Source: an uncultured Pelagibacteraceae bacterium
GTDB taxonomy: Bacteria; Pseudomonadota; Alphaproteobacteria; Pelagibacterales; AG-422-B15
Assembly (NCBI GenBank): GCA_902611715.1
Contig: CACMAQ010000001.1
Span: 26,720-90,719 of the forward strand
Direction of reading: 5' to 3'
Length of the DNA: 64,000 nt
Part shown: positions 50,211-59,639 of the stretch, piece after piece
How the letters are laid out: each line of letters opens with the position of its first letter
Numbering within the stretch: position 1 is the first letter of the stretch
The notes under the pieces: generated by a model
Told to the model about the DNA's origin: nothing
Seen by the model: the letters and a program-made list of their open reading frames with translations, nothing else
The model's database searches: none
Position numbers and translations under genes: made by a program

Positions 50211-51098
50211 ATGAAAAATCTTAGGACCTATATTTGCTCAATCTTTTGTATCTTTTTGTTAATAGGTATTTCAAATGCTTCTAATTTAGAAAATAGAGTT
50301 GCTTCATATTTTAATGGTCTAGCTAATAGCTTAGGCACAAGTGTCTCTTCATTATTGGGAGAAAATAGTAGAGTTAAGTATCTTGATTTAAATTTGGGTG
50401 TACAAGAGCATTTTAAGCCAACAATCTCACTTACTAATGTGAATATGATTTCTGAGTATGGCAATAACGCAATATTTAATCAAAACTCTCTAAACCTTCA
50501 TAACAATGACCAAACAATCAATTTAGGCATTGGTCACAGAACTCTACTAAATGATGACAAAGTTTTATTTGGATTGAATGTATTCTTTGATTATGCATTT
50601 GATGACGCACATCAGAGAAATGGAGCCGGCCTTGAGGTATTAAGTAGTGTTTTTGATTTGAGATCTAATATTTATGATGCCACATCAGGTATTGAAACCG
50701 TTTCGACAGGGAAAGATGAAGAGGCGATGGACGGATGGGATATGCGACTTGACTATCATTTACCTATTAAAGCAAATGTGAGATTGTTTGCGGGGTTATT
50801 TGAATTTGAAAATGCAGCCGGTTCATATGAATTAGAAGGAGAGAAGTACGGACTTAATGTAATTGGTAACAATCTCGATTTAGAAATTGGATATATCGAT
50901 GACAATAAAACAGGTGATGGCACATTTGCTAATATAAGTTATGTTGTGCCTCTAAGTGGTAATAGTTCTTTTAAAAATAACTCTTCTAACTATTTTGAAT
51001 ATACATCCGTTGCTGAAAGACTGTATGAACCAGTTAAACGTGAAAATAAGATTAGAGTTGTCTCTACAACACTAAATGTTAAAGCAAGTGGGTTTTAG
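50211..51098 (+). CDS. Inverse-autotransporter (intimin/invasin-type) beta-barrel domain protein, no passenger
   Basis: Signal peptide MKNLRTYICSIFCIFLLIGISNA. The region INLGIGHR..LFGLNVFFDY....QRNGAGLEV....DLRSNIYDATSG....EEAMDGWDMRLDYHLP....LFAGLFEFEN aligns block by block with the intimin barrel (NLGAGQR..GYNVFIDQ...RLGIGGEYW...SVNGYFRMSGW...ERPANGFDIRFNGYLP...LGAKLIYEQY), recalled from memory. Confidence 0.6.
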   Translation: MKNLRTYICSIFCIFLLIGISNASNLENRVASYFNGLANSLGTSVSSLLGENSRVKYLDLNLGVQEHFKPTISLTNVNMISEYGNNAIFNQNSLNLHNNDQTINLGIGHRTLLNDDKVLFGLNVFFDYAFDDAHQRNGAGLEVLSSVFDLRSNIYDATSGIETVSTGKDEEAMDGWDMRLDYHLPIKANVRLFAGLFEFENAAGSYELEGEKYGLNVIGNNLDLEIGYIDDNKTGDGTFANISYVVPLSGNSSFKNNSSNYFEYTSVAERLYEPVKRENKIRVVSTTLNVKASGF

Positions 51099-51101
51099 AT
51101 A

Positions 51102-51974
51102 ATGAAATTCAATGTAATAATCAAAATATATACTTTTTTATTTTTAATTTTTGCTCCTATGTCGAGCTTGTTTGCTGACAGCCATGTTAATAGTTGCACT
51201 ATCACAAATGGAGTATTTTCAGCCGCTGAAGTAATAGGTGATGGAGCTGGAGAGTATTGTGCGAGCGCGCCAGAAACGTATGAAATTGTTGCTTATGAAA
51301 TGTATCTTTGTACAGCAGCTCCAACCGCACCCACATTATCTTCGTCGATGGGATTAGATAATTGCTTTAAAAATTGGGAGTCACCCGCTGGTGCAACGCT
51401 CCCTCTTCAACAAAACCAAACAAGAGACATGCCAGGCATTATGTCTAGGCCACCAAATGAGACGTATACTCACGGTGTCATGTTAATTGATAATACATTT
51501 GGAATCACTATGGCCATGCAGTTCGATGGAGCGGTTGGTGGACAAGATGGTACTTCAGGTGTTTTCTGTGCATCGGTTGCTGGCAATGAAACATATGGTT
51601 CGGGTGGAAATATACCTTCTGCTAGCTCAACGTGTGGATCCTCAGCAATCACGCCTGGAAAATTTGTTGAAACTCTTACAAGCTTTGATAGTGGCGATTT
51701 TGATGCAGATGTATCAGCAGATAATTTGAATGGTACTTCCGCATCCATAAGTGGTTACTTGGTTGATACAGATGGAAACTTGGCCGAGAACGACGCTGAT
51801 GTAGATAAATTAATTGGGTCACTAGTTTTCGCCTCAACGGTAAGCTTTACAGATGCAACTACTACTCTAACAATGTCATTCAATGTCGGTGAGGGAATGT
51901 CACTTTATGACGATGGTTCAGATCAGATAACTTTTGGCAGTGGACCTTTTCAGGCAATTTTAACGACTGATTAG
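51102..51974 (+). CDS. Secreted hypothetical protein (signal peptide, 6 Cys, G/S/T/D-rich)
   Basis: 290 aa. The signal peptide ends ...SSLFA/DS. I recognise no family. It starts 3 nt after the barrel gene stop, and its codon usage is less AT-rich than its neighbours. Confidence 0.6.
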   Translation: MKFNVIIKIYTFLFLIFAPMSSLFADSHVNSCTITNGVFSAAEVIGDGAGEYCASAPETYEIVAYEMYLCTAAPTAPTLSSSMGLDNCFKNWESPAGATLPLQQNQTRDMPGIMSRPPNETYTHGVMLIDNTFGITMAMQFDGAVGGQDGTSGVFCASVAGNETYGSGGNIPSASSTCGSSAITPGKFVETLTSFDSGDFDADVSADNLNGTSASISGYLVDTDGNLAENDADVDKLIGSLVFASTVSFTDATTTLTMSFNVGEGMSLYDDGSDQITFGSGPFQAILTTD

Positions 51975-51975
51975 T

Positions 51976-52743
51976 TTAAAATTTAAATTGTTCATTTAAA
52001 ATTCTTTCATCAAATGAATGATCTTCATCGAATAAAAGTTCTACAACTTGATCTTTACTTTGATGTACTTCAACAGAACTGATATCTCTAAACTCAGTAC
52101 TATCAGCGACAACACTTACGGGTCTTTTCTTACTATCAATAATTTCAAATTTCACATTTGACTCGTTATTTAATATTGCACCTTTCCATCTTCTAGGTCT
52201 AAAAGCACTGATAGGAGTTAATGCAAGAACATCGGCATTTATTGGGAGTATTGGACCGTGAGCAGATAAATTGTAAGCTGTGCTACCAGACGGTGTTGAA
52301 ATTAATACACCATCACAGATTAGTTCATCTAACCTAACTTTGCCATCAACTGAAATTTTAATTTTTGATGCTTGATGTGTTTCTCTAAGTAATGATACTT
52401 CGTTAATAGCAATCGCCTCATGAATTGAGCCATCGACACTCACAGCTTTCATTATCAAAGGAGATATTTTTATTGATTGAGATTGATTAATTCTATTTAC
52501 CAAATCATTTTGATTTGAGGAATTCATCAGAAATCCAACACTACCATAATTTAATCCAAAAATAGGCAAGTGTCTGTCCATATGAGATTTTATGGCTTCA
52601 AGCATAAATCCATCACCGCCCAGTACTACTATCACATCAGCTTTATCAAATTCATTTTTACCAAACTTATCTTCTAAAATCTTTTTCTGAGAACTTGCCT
52701 CATCACTGTTAGAAGCCAAAAAAACTGGTTTATTTAAATTCAT
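51976..52743 (-). CDS. nadK: NAD kinase
   Basis: 255 aa with GGDGFML and the TPSGSTAYNLSAHGPI motif. Confidence 0.85.
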   Translation of the reverse strand: MNLNKPVFLASNSDEASSQKKILEDKFGKNEFDKADVIVVLGGDGFMLEAIKSHMDRHLPIFGLNYGSVGFLMNSSNQNDLVNRINQSQSIKISPLIMKAVSVDGSIHEAIAINEVSLLRETHQASKIKISVDGKVRLDELICDGVLISTPSGSTAYNLSAHGPILPINADVLALTPISAFRPRRWKGAILNNESNVKFEIIDSKKRPVSVVADSTEFRDISSVEVHQSKDQVVELLFDEDHSFDERILNEQFKF

Positions 52744-52823
52744 GGTTTTTTACCTACAAAAAAGTATTCCTTTATCCTAAAATCTTCTCTAATTGAACAT
52801 AATTAATTAATTATTCTTATCTT

Positions 52824-54317
52824 ATGTCTTTAGATGGGTATTTACTCTCAATAGATCAAGGCACAACCAGTTCAAGGGCCTTAATTTTAGATACTAATGG
52901 CAATATCATTAGTCAAAAAAACTATGAATTTAATCAGTATTTCCCGAATGATGGTTGGGTTGAGCATGATCCAATAGAAATTTTAAAGACAACTCAAGAC
53001 GCTATTAACTTTGTAATAAAAGAAACAAACATTAGTCCAAAAGACATCAATATCGCAGGTATGACGAATCAGAGAGAGACGGTTGTAGCATGGAATAAAT
53101 TAACAGGAGAGCCAGTCTATAATGCTATAGTATGGCAGGACAGACGAACAGAGAACTTTTGTGAGACTCTTAGAGAAAAAAATTTAATAAAACTTATCCA
53201 ATCAAAGACTGGTCTTATTATTGATCCATACTTTTCGGCAACGAAAATTCAGTGGATTATTGAAAATATTGAAGAAGCAAAAAATTTAATGAATGAAAAT
53301 AATCTGTTAGTTGGAACTATTGATACTTGGCTTATTTGGAATTTTACAAAAGGAGAATGTCATTTCACTGATGTTACAAATGCATCAAGAACTATGCTTT
53401 ACAATATAAATGAAGATTGTTGGGATGATGAATTATTAAAAATATTTAATATTAACAAAAAAATTTTACCTGATGTAAAAAATTGTGTTGATGATTTTGG
53501 AATAATAGACCCTAGTTTCTTTGGAGAAAAAATTTCAATAGGCGGTGTAGCTGGTGATCAACAGGCAGCAACAATTGGACAGGCTTGTTTCAAGGAAGGA
53601 ATGGTTAAATCTACTTATGGTACAGGTTGTTTTTTATTAATGAATACTGGAAGTAATTTTATAGAGTCTCAGTCCAATTTATTGTCCACCACAGCTTACA
53701 ATATATTCGATAAAAAAGATTTTGCTTTAGAGGGTAGTATCTTTAATGCGGGCACTGTTGTTCAATGGATGCGCGATGAAATGAATTTTATTAACGATGC
53801 AAGTAAGGTAGAAGAGCTCGCATATAAAAGTACCAACGAAATACAATTCATTCCTGCTTTTACTGGTTTGGGTGCTCCTTATTGGAACTCTGATGTAAGG
53901 GGTCAAATTACAGGAATTACTAGAGATACTTCTAAGGCTGATATTGCTATGGCTGCACTAAAATCAATATGTTATCAAACAAGAGATCTCGTTGAGTGCC
54001 TGCTTAAAGATACAGAGTTAAAGAGAAATGATTTTACTATTCGAGTTGATGGAGGCATGTCTAAAAATAATCTTATGATGCAATTATTATCGGATATCAC
54101 TCAAATAAGAATTGAAAGACCTTTAAATCAAGAGTCGACTGCTATGGGTGCAGCTTACTTAGCTGGAATGAAATCTGGCGTTTACAAAGATGTTGCAGAG
54201 GTCGAGAAATTATGGAAGACTGATTGCAAATTTGAACCTAATATTTCGTTGGACGAGGCAGATCAACAATATTATAGATGGTTAAAAAATGTAAAAGGAC
54301 TGATTAATAATGGTTGA
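52824..54317 (+). CDS. glpK: Glycerol kinase
   Basis: 497 aa. SIDQGTTSSR, TNQRETVVAW and GDQQAA are canonical GlpK blocks. Confidence 0.9.
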   Translation: MSLDGYLLSIDQGTTSSRALILDTNGNIISQKNYEFNQYFPNDGWVEHDPIEILKTTQDAINFVIKETNISPKDINIAGMTNQRETVVAWNKLTGEPVYNAIVWQDRRTENFCETLREKNLIKLIQSKTGLIIDPYFSATKIQWIIENIEEAKNLMNENNLLVGTIDTWLIWNFTKGECHFTDVTNASRTMLYNINEDCWDDELLKIFNINKKILPDVKNCVDDFGIIDPSFFGEKISIGGVAGDQQAATIGQACFKEGMVKSTYGTGCFLLMNTGSNFIESQSNLLSTTAYNIFDKKDFALEGSIFNAGTVVQWMRDEMNFINDASKVEELAYKSTNEIQFIPAFTGLGAPYWNSDVRGQITGITRDTSKADIAMAALKSICYQTRDLVECLLKDTELKRNDFTIRVDGGMSKNNLMMQLLSDITQIRIERPLNQESTAMGAAYLAGMKSGVYKDVAEVEKLWKTDCKFEPNISLDEADQQYYRWLKNVKGLINNG

Positions 54318-55056
54318 TGTAAAAAATAGTGTTTCAAAGGAAGAATGGGGAACAAGACAAGACTTGGCGGCATTCTATAGATCAATTCCATATTTTGGTT
54401 GGGATGATTTAATATTTACACATATCTCTGCTAAAGTTCCTGGGGCTGATGATGAATTTCTAATTAACCCTTATGGATTTTTATTTGACGAAATAACTGC
54501 TTCAAACTTGGTGAAGGTTAACTTAAAGGGAAAAATACTTAGTGACACAAATAATTTTATAAATCCTGCAGGTTTTACCATTCATAGCGCAATACATGAG
54601 TCAAGAGAGGATGCACATTGTATCGTACATCTTCACTCAAATGACGGTGTGGCAGTAGCCTCACTAAAAGATGGTTTGTTGCCTTTATCTCAAACTGGAA
54701 TGTTAGTTAGGAGTCAAATCGCATACCACGATTATGAAGGAGTTGCTCTTTTTGAAGAAGAAAAAGAGCGATTAGTAAAGGATCTTGGTGAAGCACGCTT
54801 AATGATACTTAGGAATCATGGGACATTGGCTTTAGGTAAAAATGTTGCAGAAGCATTCACTAATATATATTTTTTAGAAAAAGCCTGCTCTTATCAAGTA
54901 AGAGCTCTTTCTGGAAATCTTGAATTGAACTACCCCTCAGAGGAATCAATTGAAACAACAAGACAACAAGGTGAGGGAAGAGAAATGGCTGCGGCTTTAC
55001 TATGGCCTGCAGTGAAAAGAAAGATGGAACGATTAGACTCATCTTTTCTGAATTAA
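54310..55056 (+). CDS. Class II aldolase/adducin family protein
   Basis: 248 aa with a His cluster (HSAIH...VHLH) and the RNHG motif of class II aldolase/adducin N-terminal domains. Confidence 0.7.
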   Translation: MVDVKNSVSKEEWGTRQDLAAFYRSIPYFGWDDLIFTHISAKVPGADDEFLINPYGFLFDEITASNLVKVNLKGKILSDTNNFINPAGFTIHSAIHESREDAHCIVHLHSNDGVAVASLKDGLLPLSQTGMLVRSQIAYHDYEGVALFEEEKERLVKDLGEARLMILRNHGTLALGKNVAEAFTNIYFLEKACSYQVRALSGNLELNYPSEESIETTRQQGEGREMAAALLWPAVKRKMERLDSSFLN

Positions 55057-55079
55057 TCAAAATAAATAAGGAGATATAG

Positions 55080-56279
55080 ATGAAAGTATTGTGTATTTTA
55101 TACGATGATCCAAAAGGGGGTATGCCGTCAAGTTATCCTGTTGGAACTTTGCCAAAAATTGAAAAGTATCCAGATGGACAGACATTACCAACGCCAAAAG
55201 GTATTGATTTTAATCCAGGAGAATTGCTTGGATGTGTTTCTGGTGAACTAGGCCTAAGAAAATTTCTTGAGGATGCTGGCCATACATTGGTGGTTACAAA
55301 TGATAAAGATGCTCCTGGATGCGCAGCTGAAAAAGAACTTGTTGATGCTGATGTAGTAATTTCACAACCTTTCTTTCCATTTTATTTAACAAAAGAACGT
55401 ATTGCTATGGCTAAAAATCTGAAAATGGCAATAACTGCTGGTATCGGTTCAGACCACGTTGATTTACAGGCTGCCATGAATAATAAAATTGATGTCATGG
55501 AAGTTACCTTTTGTAATTCAAGGTCTGTAGCTGAGCATATTGTGATGATGATTTTATCTTTGGTGAGAGATTATCATAACCAATACAGAATTATTAATGA
55601 GGGCGGATGGAATATTGCAGATGCAGTGCAAAGATCATACGACCTTGAAGGTATGCATGTAGGCACAGTTGCAGCTGGAAGAATAGGCCTAGATGCATTA
55701 AGAAAACTTAAGCATTTTGACGTTCACATGCACTATTTTGACAGACACAGATTACCAGAGTCAGTAGAAAAAGAATTGAATTTGACTTTTCATGACTCAG
55801 TTGAGTCAATGGTTGGAGTATGCGATGTTGTTACAATCAATTGTCCACTTCACCCTGAAACTGAAAATCTATTTGACGATGAAATGATCGGAAAAATGAA
55901 AAAGGGAGCATATATTGTAAATACTGCACGTGGTAAAATTTGTAATCGAGATGCAATTGCGCGCGCATTAGAGTCGGGTCAATTAAGTGGTTATGCTGGT
56001 GATGTATGGTTTCCACAACCTGCTCCAAATGATCATGTGTGGAGAACGATGCCAAATCATGGAATGACTCCCCATACCTCAGGAACTTCGCTATCAGCAC
56101 AAGCAAGATATGCAGCTGGTGTAAGGGAAATTCTTGAATGCTTCTTTGCTGGAGAGGTTCAAAGAACAGAATACACAATTGTTAAAGATGGCGCACTTGC
56201 TGGAACAGGTGCTCACTCTTATAGTGAAGGTTCTGCTACAAGTGGTTCCGAAGAAGCGGCAAAATACCAGAGAAAATAG
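55080..56279 (+). CDS. fdh: NAD-dependent formate dehydrogenase
   Basis: 399 aa. It is colinear along its whole length with Pseudomonas sp. 101-type FDH (KVLCILYDDP..., GSDHVDL, GTVAAGRIGL, TLNCPLHPETE, GYAGDVWFPQPAP, GTGAHSYS), recalled from memory. Confidence 0.9.
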   Translation: MKVLCILYDDPKGGMPSSYPVGTLPKIEKYPDGQTLPTPKGIDFNPGELLGCVSGELGLRKFLEDAGHTLVVTNDKDAPGCAAEKELVDADVVISQPFFPFYLTKERIAMAKNLKMAITAGIGSDHVDLQAAMNNKIDVMEVTFCNSRSVAEHIVMMILSLVRDYHNQYRIINEGGWNIADAVQRSYDLEGMHVGTVAAGRIGLDALRKLKHFDVHMHYFDRHRLPESVEKELNLTFHDSVESMVGVCDVVTINCPLHPETENLFDDEMIGKMKKGAYIVNTARGKICNRDAIARALESGQLSGYAGDVWFPQPAPNDHVWRTMPNHGMTPHTSGTSLSAQARYAAGVREILECFFAGEVQRTEYTIVKDGALAGTGAHSYSEGSATSGSEEAAKYQRK

Positions 56280-56295
56280 TCTAAATTTTATATTG

Positions 56296-56315
56296 GGACG
56301 GAGTAAAATCCGTCC
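56296..56315 (+). terminator. Hairpin after fdh (weak terminator candidate)
   Basis: A 7-bp stem GGACGGA-gtaaaa-TCCGTCC lies 17 nt after the fdh stop. It has no clean T-run, only tatatagtactttt. Confidence 0.35.
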
Positions 56316-56329
56316 TATATAGTACTTTT

Positions 56330-56950
56330 ATGTTAAGTGTATTTAAAAATTATTTTTCACACTCAACCATTTATGGCTTCTTCATAATGGCAGTTGTTGG
56401 AATGTACTATATTGTTTCAAACGGACTGTTGTCTGAATATTTATTTTGGTTTTTTATACCAATTGTTCTAGCCCCTTTTTATGAATGGTATGTTCATAAG
56501 TATCAACTACATAGAGAACTAACAAAAAAAGAAGGTTGGTACAGAAGGTATCAAATTATACTGCACCATGGACACCATAGAGATCCCGATAATATTAAAC
56601 TTCAATTTGCGCCATGGAGATACCTAATCTATACATATGGACAAGTATATTTGCTCTATTCACTTATACTTTGGAGCTTTCCTGCAGCAATGGTACCTTT
56701 TACAGGACATCTAGTTTATCACTTGTGGTACGAGTGGATTCATTTGGCTCATCATTCCAAAGAGTATAAACCTGTTTCAGTAATTGGAAAAAAATTACGA
56801 GATGCCCATATGAGTCACCATTTTCATAATGAGAATTACAACTGGGGTATTACAAATATGATCGGTGATTATTTCTTTGGTACTTTAAAAGATAACAAAA
56901 CTATAAAAAAAAGTACTACTGCAAAATCAATAGCGGGTTATATAGATTAA
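56330..56950 (+). CDS. Fatty acid hydroxylase / sterol desaturase superfamily membrane protein
   Basis: 206 aa with 3-4 TM helices. Histidine boxes are HKYQLH, HHGHH, HLAHH and HMSHHFH. Confidence 0.6.
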   Translation: MLSVFKNYFSHSTIYGFFIMAVVGMYYIVSNGLLSEYLFWFFIPIVLAPFYEWYVHKYQLHRELTKKEGWYRRYQIILHHGHHRDPDNIKLQFAPWRYLIYTYGQVYLLYSLILWSFPAAMVPFTGHLVYHLWYEWIHLAHHSKEYKPVSVIGKKLRDAHMSHHFHNENYNWGITNMIGDYFFGTLKDNKTIKKSTTAKSIAGYID

Positions 56951-56955
56951 ATAAG

Positions 56956-57005
56956 TGGTGCTCCCTCGCGGACTTGAACCGCGAACTTATTGATTACAAA
57001 TCAAT
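56956..57005 (-). tRNA. Truncated tRNA-Thr(UGU): 3' ~50 nt only (anticodon arm to CCA); putative prophage att core
   Basis: The reverse complement reads ATTGA-TTTGTAA-TCAAT (anticodon TGT), AAGTT, CGCGG-TTCAAGT-CCGCG, AGGGAGC-A-CCA. The next 26 nt (57006-57031) cannot form a D arm, and the would-be 5' acceptor strand TATCCCA does not pair with AGGGAGC (GCTCCCT is needed). Confidence 0.7.
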
Positions 57006-57118
57006 TGTACGGAGTTCTGCCGTGTTGGGATATTCAAGTATAGCACTTTGCTAGTTCCACGTGAAACACTTTCTTCTCTCTCTTCATTAACATTAATACT
57101 CGAAGGGAGAGTAAAACT

Positions 57119-59557
57119 ATGGCCAAGATTTATGAAAGCCTACCTACATACCAAGACGAAGTTGCCCATGAAAAACAAATGCTGGAGAATGGCAAACTCC
57201 GAACCAACAAAAGACGGCTTGAGCACGTACAACGAGGCGAAGAGTCAGTCACATCTTACGGCAAGGAGATGGTCAAACGCACCATCAGACCTCTTGCCAA
57301 ATTAATCCAAGAATACCTTATCGAACAAGACGACAAGACAGGCGGAAGGCCAGAGATAGCCTTTCAGCATTTATGTGAAGTAGAACCAGAAATTTCTGCA
57401 TTAATCACAGCCAAGCATGTCATCAACACTGTCACGCAACAGAAGCCTTTTACAGGCTCATGTATTGCGCTAGGAGGCAAGCTTGAGACTGAGGTCGCTA
57501 TGAAGACATTCAAAATCACAAACTCAGAGCTCTATGAGACGATTATGAGAGATTTAGATGCAAGGCCTACCCGTCATTATACGTACAGACGTAGGAAGCT
57601 GAGAGAGTCAGCAAACAGAGCAGGTGTAGGTTGGCTTGAATGGAGCAAGACCGACAAGCTGCATGTAGGCATCCGCCTGGTTGAAATGATGGTGCTTGCT
57701 ACAGGTTTGATAGAGATTGGTCACGACATTGTGAAAAAGAAAAAGACCAAGGTCATCAAAGTTACACAAAAAACCATGGAATGGATTAAACACAGGAGTG
57801 CCTGGAATGAATTATTATCTCCAGAGTATATTCCTATGGTCACAAGGCCTTTAGGGTGGACATCTCCGCAAGGTGGTGGTTATGACCTTCTCAAGCTTGA
57901 TTTAGTGAAACAAAGAAACAAGCGGTACAAGGAGGAGTTGGCCAGCTATCAGATGCCAGCGGTTTATTCTGCAGTAAATCACATGCAGGCCACACCATTT
58001 CAAATAAATAGATTTATCTTTGATGTGATGAACCATGCCTGGGACAAAGGATTAGAGTGGGGTTCTATGCCATCATCTGAACTTCCACCATTTCCAAATA
58101 AACCACATGATATTGATACTAACGAAACAGCTTTAAAGAAATACAAAGCAGACAAACGTGAAGTACACGATGAGCATGCTGTGATTAAATCTAAAAGGAT
58201 TTTATTCACGAAGGTGCTCCTGGCTGCTAAGAAGTGCCTGAACTATGAGGAGATATATTATCCTTTACAATTAGACTTCAGAGGTCGTGTGTATTGTGTT
58301 CCTGCATTTTTAAATTATCAATCTGTAGGTGGTGCCAAGGCACTGATACGATTTGCCAACGGCAAGCCTATTACACATGAGAACAAAGGTATCTTCTGGT
58401 TAGCCATACATGGTGCTAACTGTTGGGGTAATGACAAAGTTGCTCTAGCTGACAGGCACAAGTGGGTTGAAGAAAACACAGAGTGGATAGAAGCCTGCGG
58501 TAAAGACCCTATTGCAAACTTGCAATGGAATGATGCAGACGAACCTTATCAGTTCTTAGCATTCTGTGATGAATGGGCACGTTACAAGCAAGAGGGTGAA
58601 GGATTTATCAGTCACATACCTGTTGCTGTTGATGGCAGCTGTAATGGACTGCAGCTTTACTCGCTGATGCTACGGGATGAAAAGGCAGGTAAGCTTGTGA
58701 ACCTAACAGTTACAGATAAGCCCCAGGATATTTACCAGGCGGTTGCTGATAGTGTTAGGGAGAAGGTGCGTAAGGATGCAACAGATGGTATACCTTTTGC
58801 ACAAGCTTGGTTGAACTATGGCATCACTCGTAAGATAACGAAGAGACCCATAATGACTATTTGTTATGGTTCGACTCGCTACAGTTGCACCGATTTTGTT
58901 CTTGAAGAAATCAAAAAGGCTGCAAGAAAAGGTAAGCCACATCCATTTACGAAGCTTAACATTTTGCAGGCATGCACCTATCTGGCTAAAGCTATATGGG
59001 CTAGCATTGGTGACAACTTATCATCTGCAAGACAAGGCATGGACTTCTTACAGGCCATCGCTCGTATCATTTGCAAAGACCAATTGCCTATACATTGGGT
59101 TAATCCTGTAGGCTTTCCTATCTGGCAATCATATCCAGAAACCAGGTCTATGCGTGTGAAGGCACACTTGATGGGTGAAGTTATTAAGCCAAGATTAAAC
59201 AAAGAACTTGATACCACAGACAGACGTAAGATGGTCAATGGTGTTGCAGCTAACTTTGTGCATAGCTTAGACAGTGCTTGCATGATGGAAACTGTAAACC
59301 TTTGTGCAAAGAGAGGCATAACAAACTTTTGTAACGTACATGACAGCTTCGGTACGACAGCTGCAGATGTTCATGTGCTTAATGAAACGTTGCGTGATGC
59401 TTTTGTAAAAATCTTTCAAGATGATGTGCTGCAAGATTTTAGAGATGGAATAGAAAAACTTATTCCTGAAAAGGAAAGAGGTAAACTTCCACAAGTTCCT
59501 GAAAAAGGAAATCTTAATCTTGATGACTTACGTCAATCAGAATTTTTCTTTGCTTGA
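57119..59557 (+). CDS. T7-like single-subunit DNA-directed RNA polymerase
   Basis: 812 aa. DGSCNGLQLYSLMLRDE (T7 DGSCSGIQHF...), RKITKRPIMTICYGS, FCNVHDSFGT and the C-terminal ...SEFFFA (T7 ...FAFA) are present. The RBS GGGAGAG lies upstream. Confidence 0.95.
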   Translation: MAKIYESLPTYQDEVAHEKQMLENGKLRTNKRRLEHVQRGEESVTSYGKEMVKRTIRPLAKLIQEYLIEQDDKTGGRPEIAFQHLCEVEPEISALITAKHVINTVTQQKPFTGSCIALGGKLETEVAMKTFKITNSELYETIMRDLDARPTRHYTYRRRKLRESANRAGVGWLEWSKTDKLHVGIRLVEMMVLATGLIEIGHDIVKKKKTKVIKVTQKTMEWIKHRSAWNELLSPEYIPMVTRPLGWTSPQGGGYDLLKLDLVKQRNKRYKEELASYQMPAVYSAVNHMQATPFQINRFIFDVMNHAWDKGLEWGSMPSSELPPFPNKPHDIDTNETALKKYKADKREVHDEHAVIKSKRILFTKVLLAAKKCLNYEEIYYPLQLDFRGRVYCVPAFLNYQSVGGAKALIRFANGKPITHENKGIFWLAIHGANCWGNDKVALADRHKWVEENTEWIEACGKDPIANLQWNDADEPYQFLAFCDEWARYKQEGEGFISHIPVAVDGSCNGLQLYSLMLRDEKAGKLVNLTVTDKPQDIYQAVADSVREKVRKDATDGIPFAQAWLNYGITRKITKRPIMTICYGSTRYSCTDFVLEEIKKAARKGKPHPFTKLNILQACTYLAKAIWASIGDNLSSARQGMDFLQAIARIICKDQLPIHWVNPVGFPIWQSYPETRSMRVKAHLMGEVIKPRLNKELDTTDRRKMVNGVAANFVHSLDSACMMETVNLCAKRGITNFCNVHDSFGTTAADVHVLNETLRDAFVKIFQDDVLQDFRDGIEKLIPEKERGKLPQVPEKGNLNLDDLRQSEFFFA

Positions 59558-59639
59558 TTGTGCTAGACTATGACGCAGAGTTTAGTGTCCGTATATGAAC
59601 TTATTAGTTCATTAACTTCAATCATAGGAGAATTATAAA

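Noticed and set aside
56956-57031. A complete 76-nt tRNA-Thr gene on the minus strand
   Set aside because: Only the anticodon arm, variable loop, T arm and 3' acceptor strand fold. The 5' side (57006-57031) gives an acceptor strand TATCCCA instead of GCTCCCT. It also gives a D region without GG and with 3 nt instead of 1 before the anticodon stem. I therefore treat it as a 3' fragment.
57048-57305. 85-aa ORF spanning the host-phage junction region
   Set aside because: It overlaps the RNAP start in another frame, has no RBS and has no recognisable features. The RNAP ORF explains the region.
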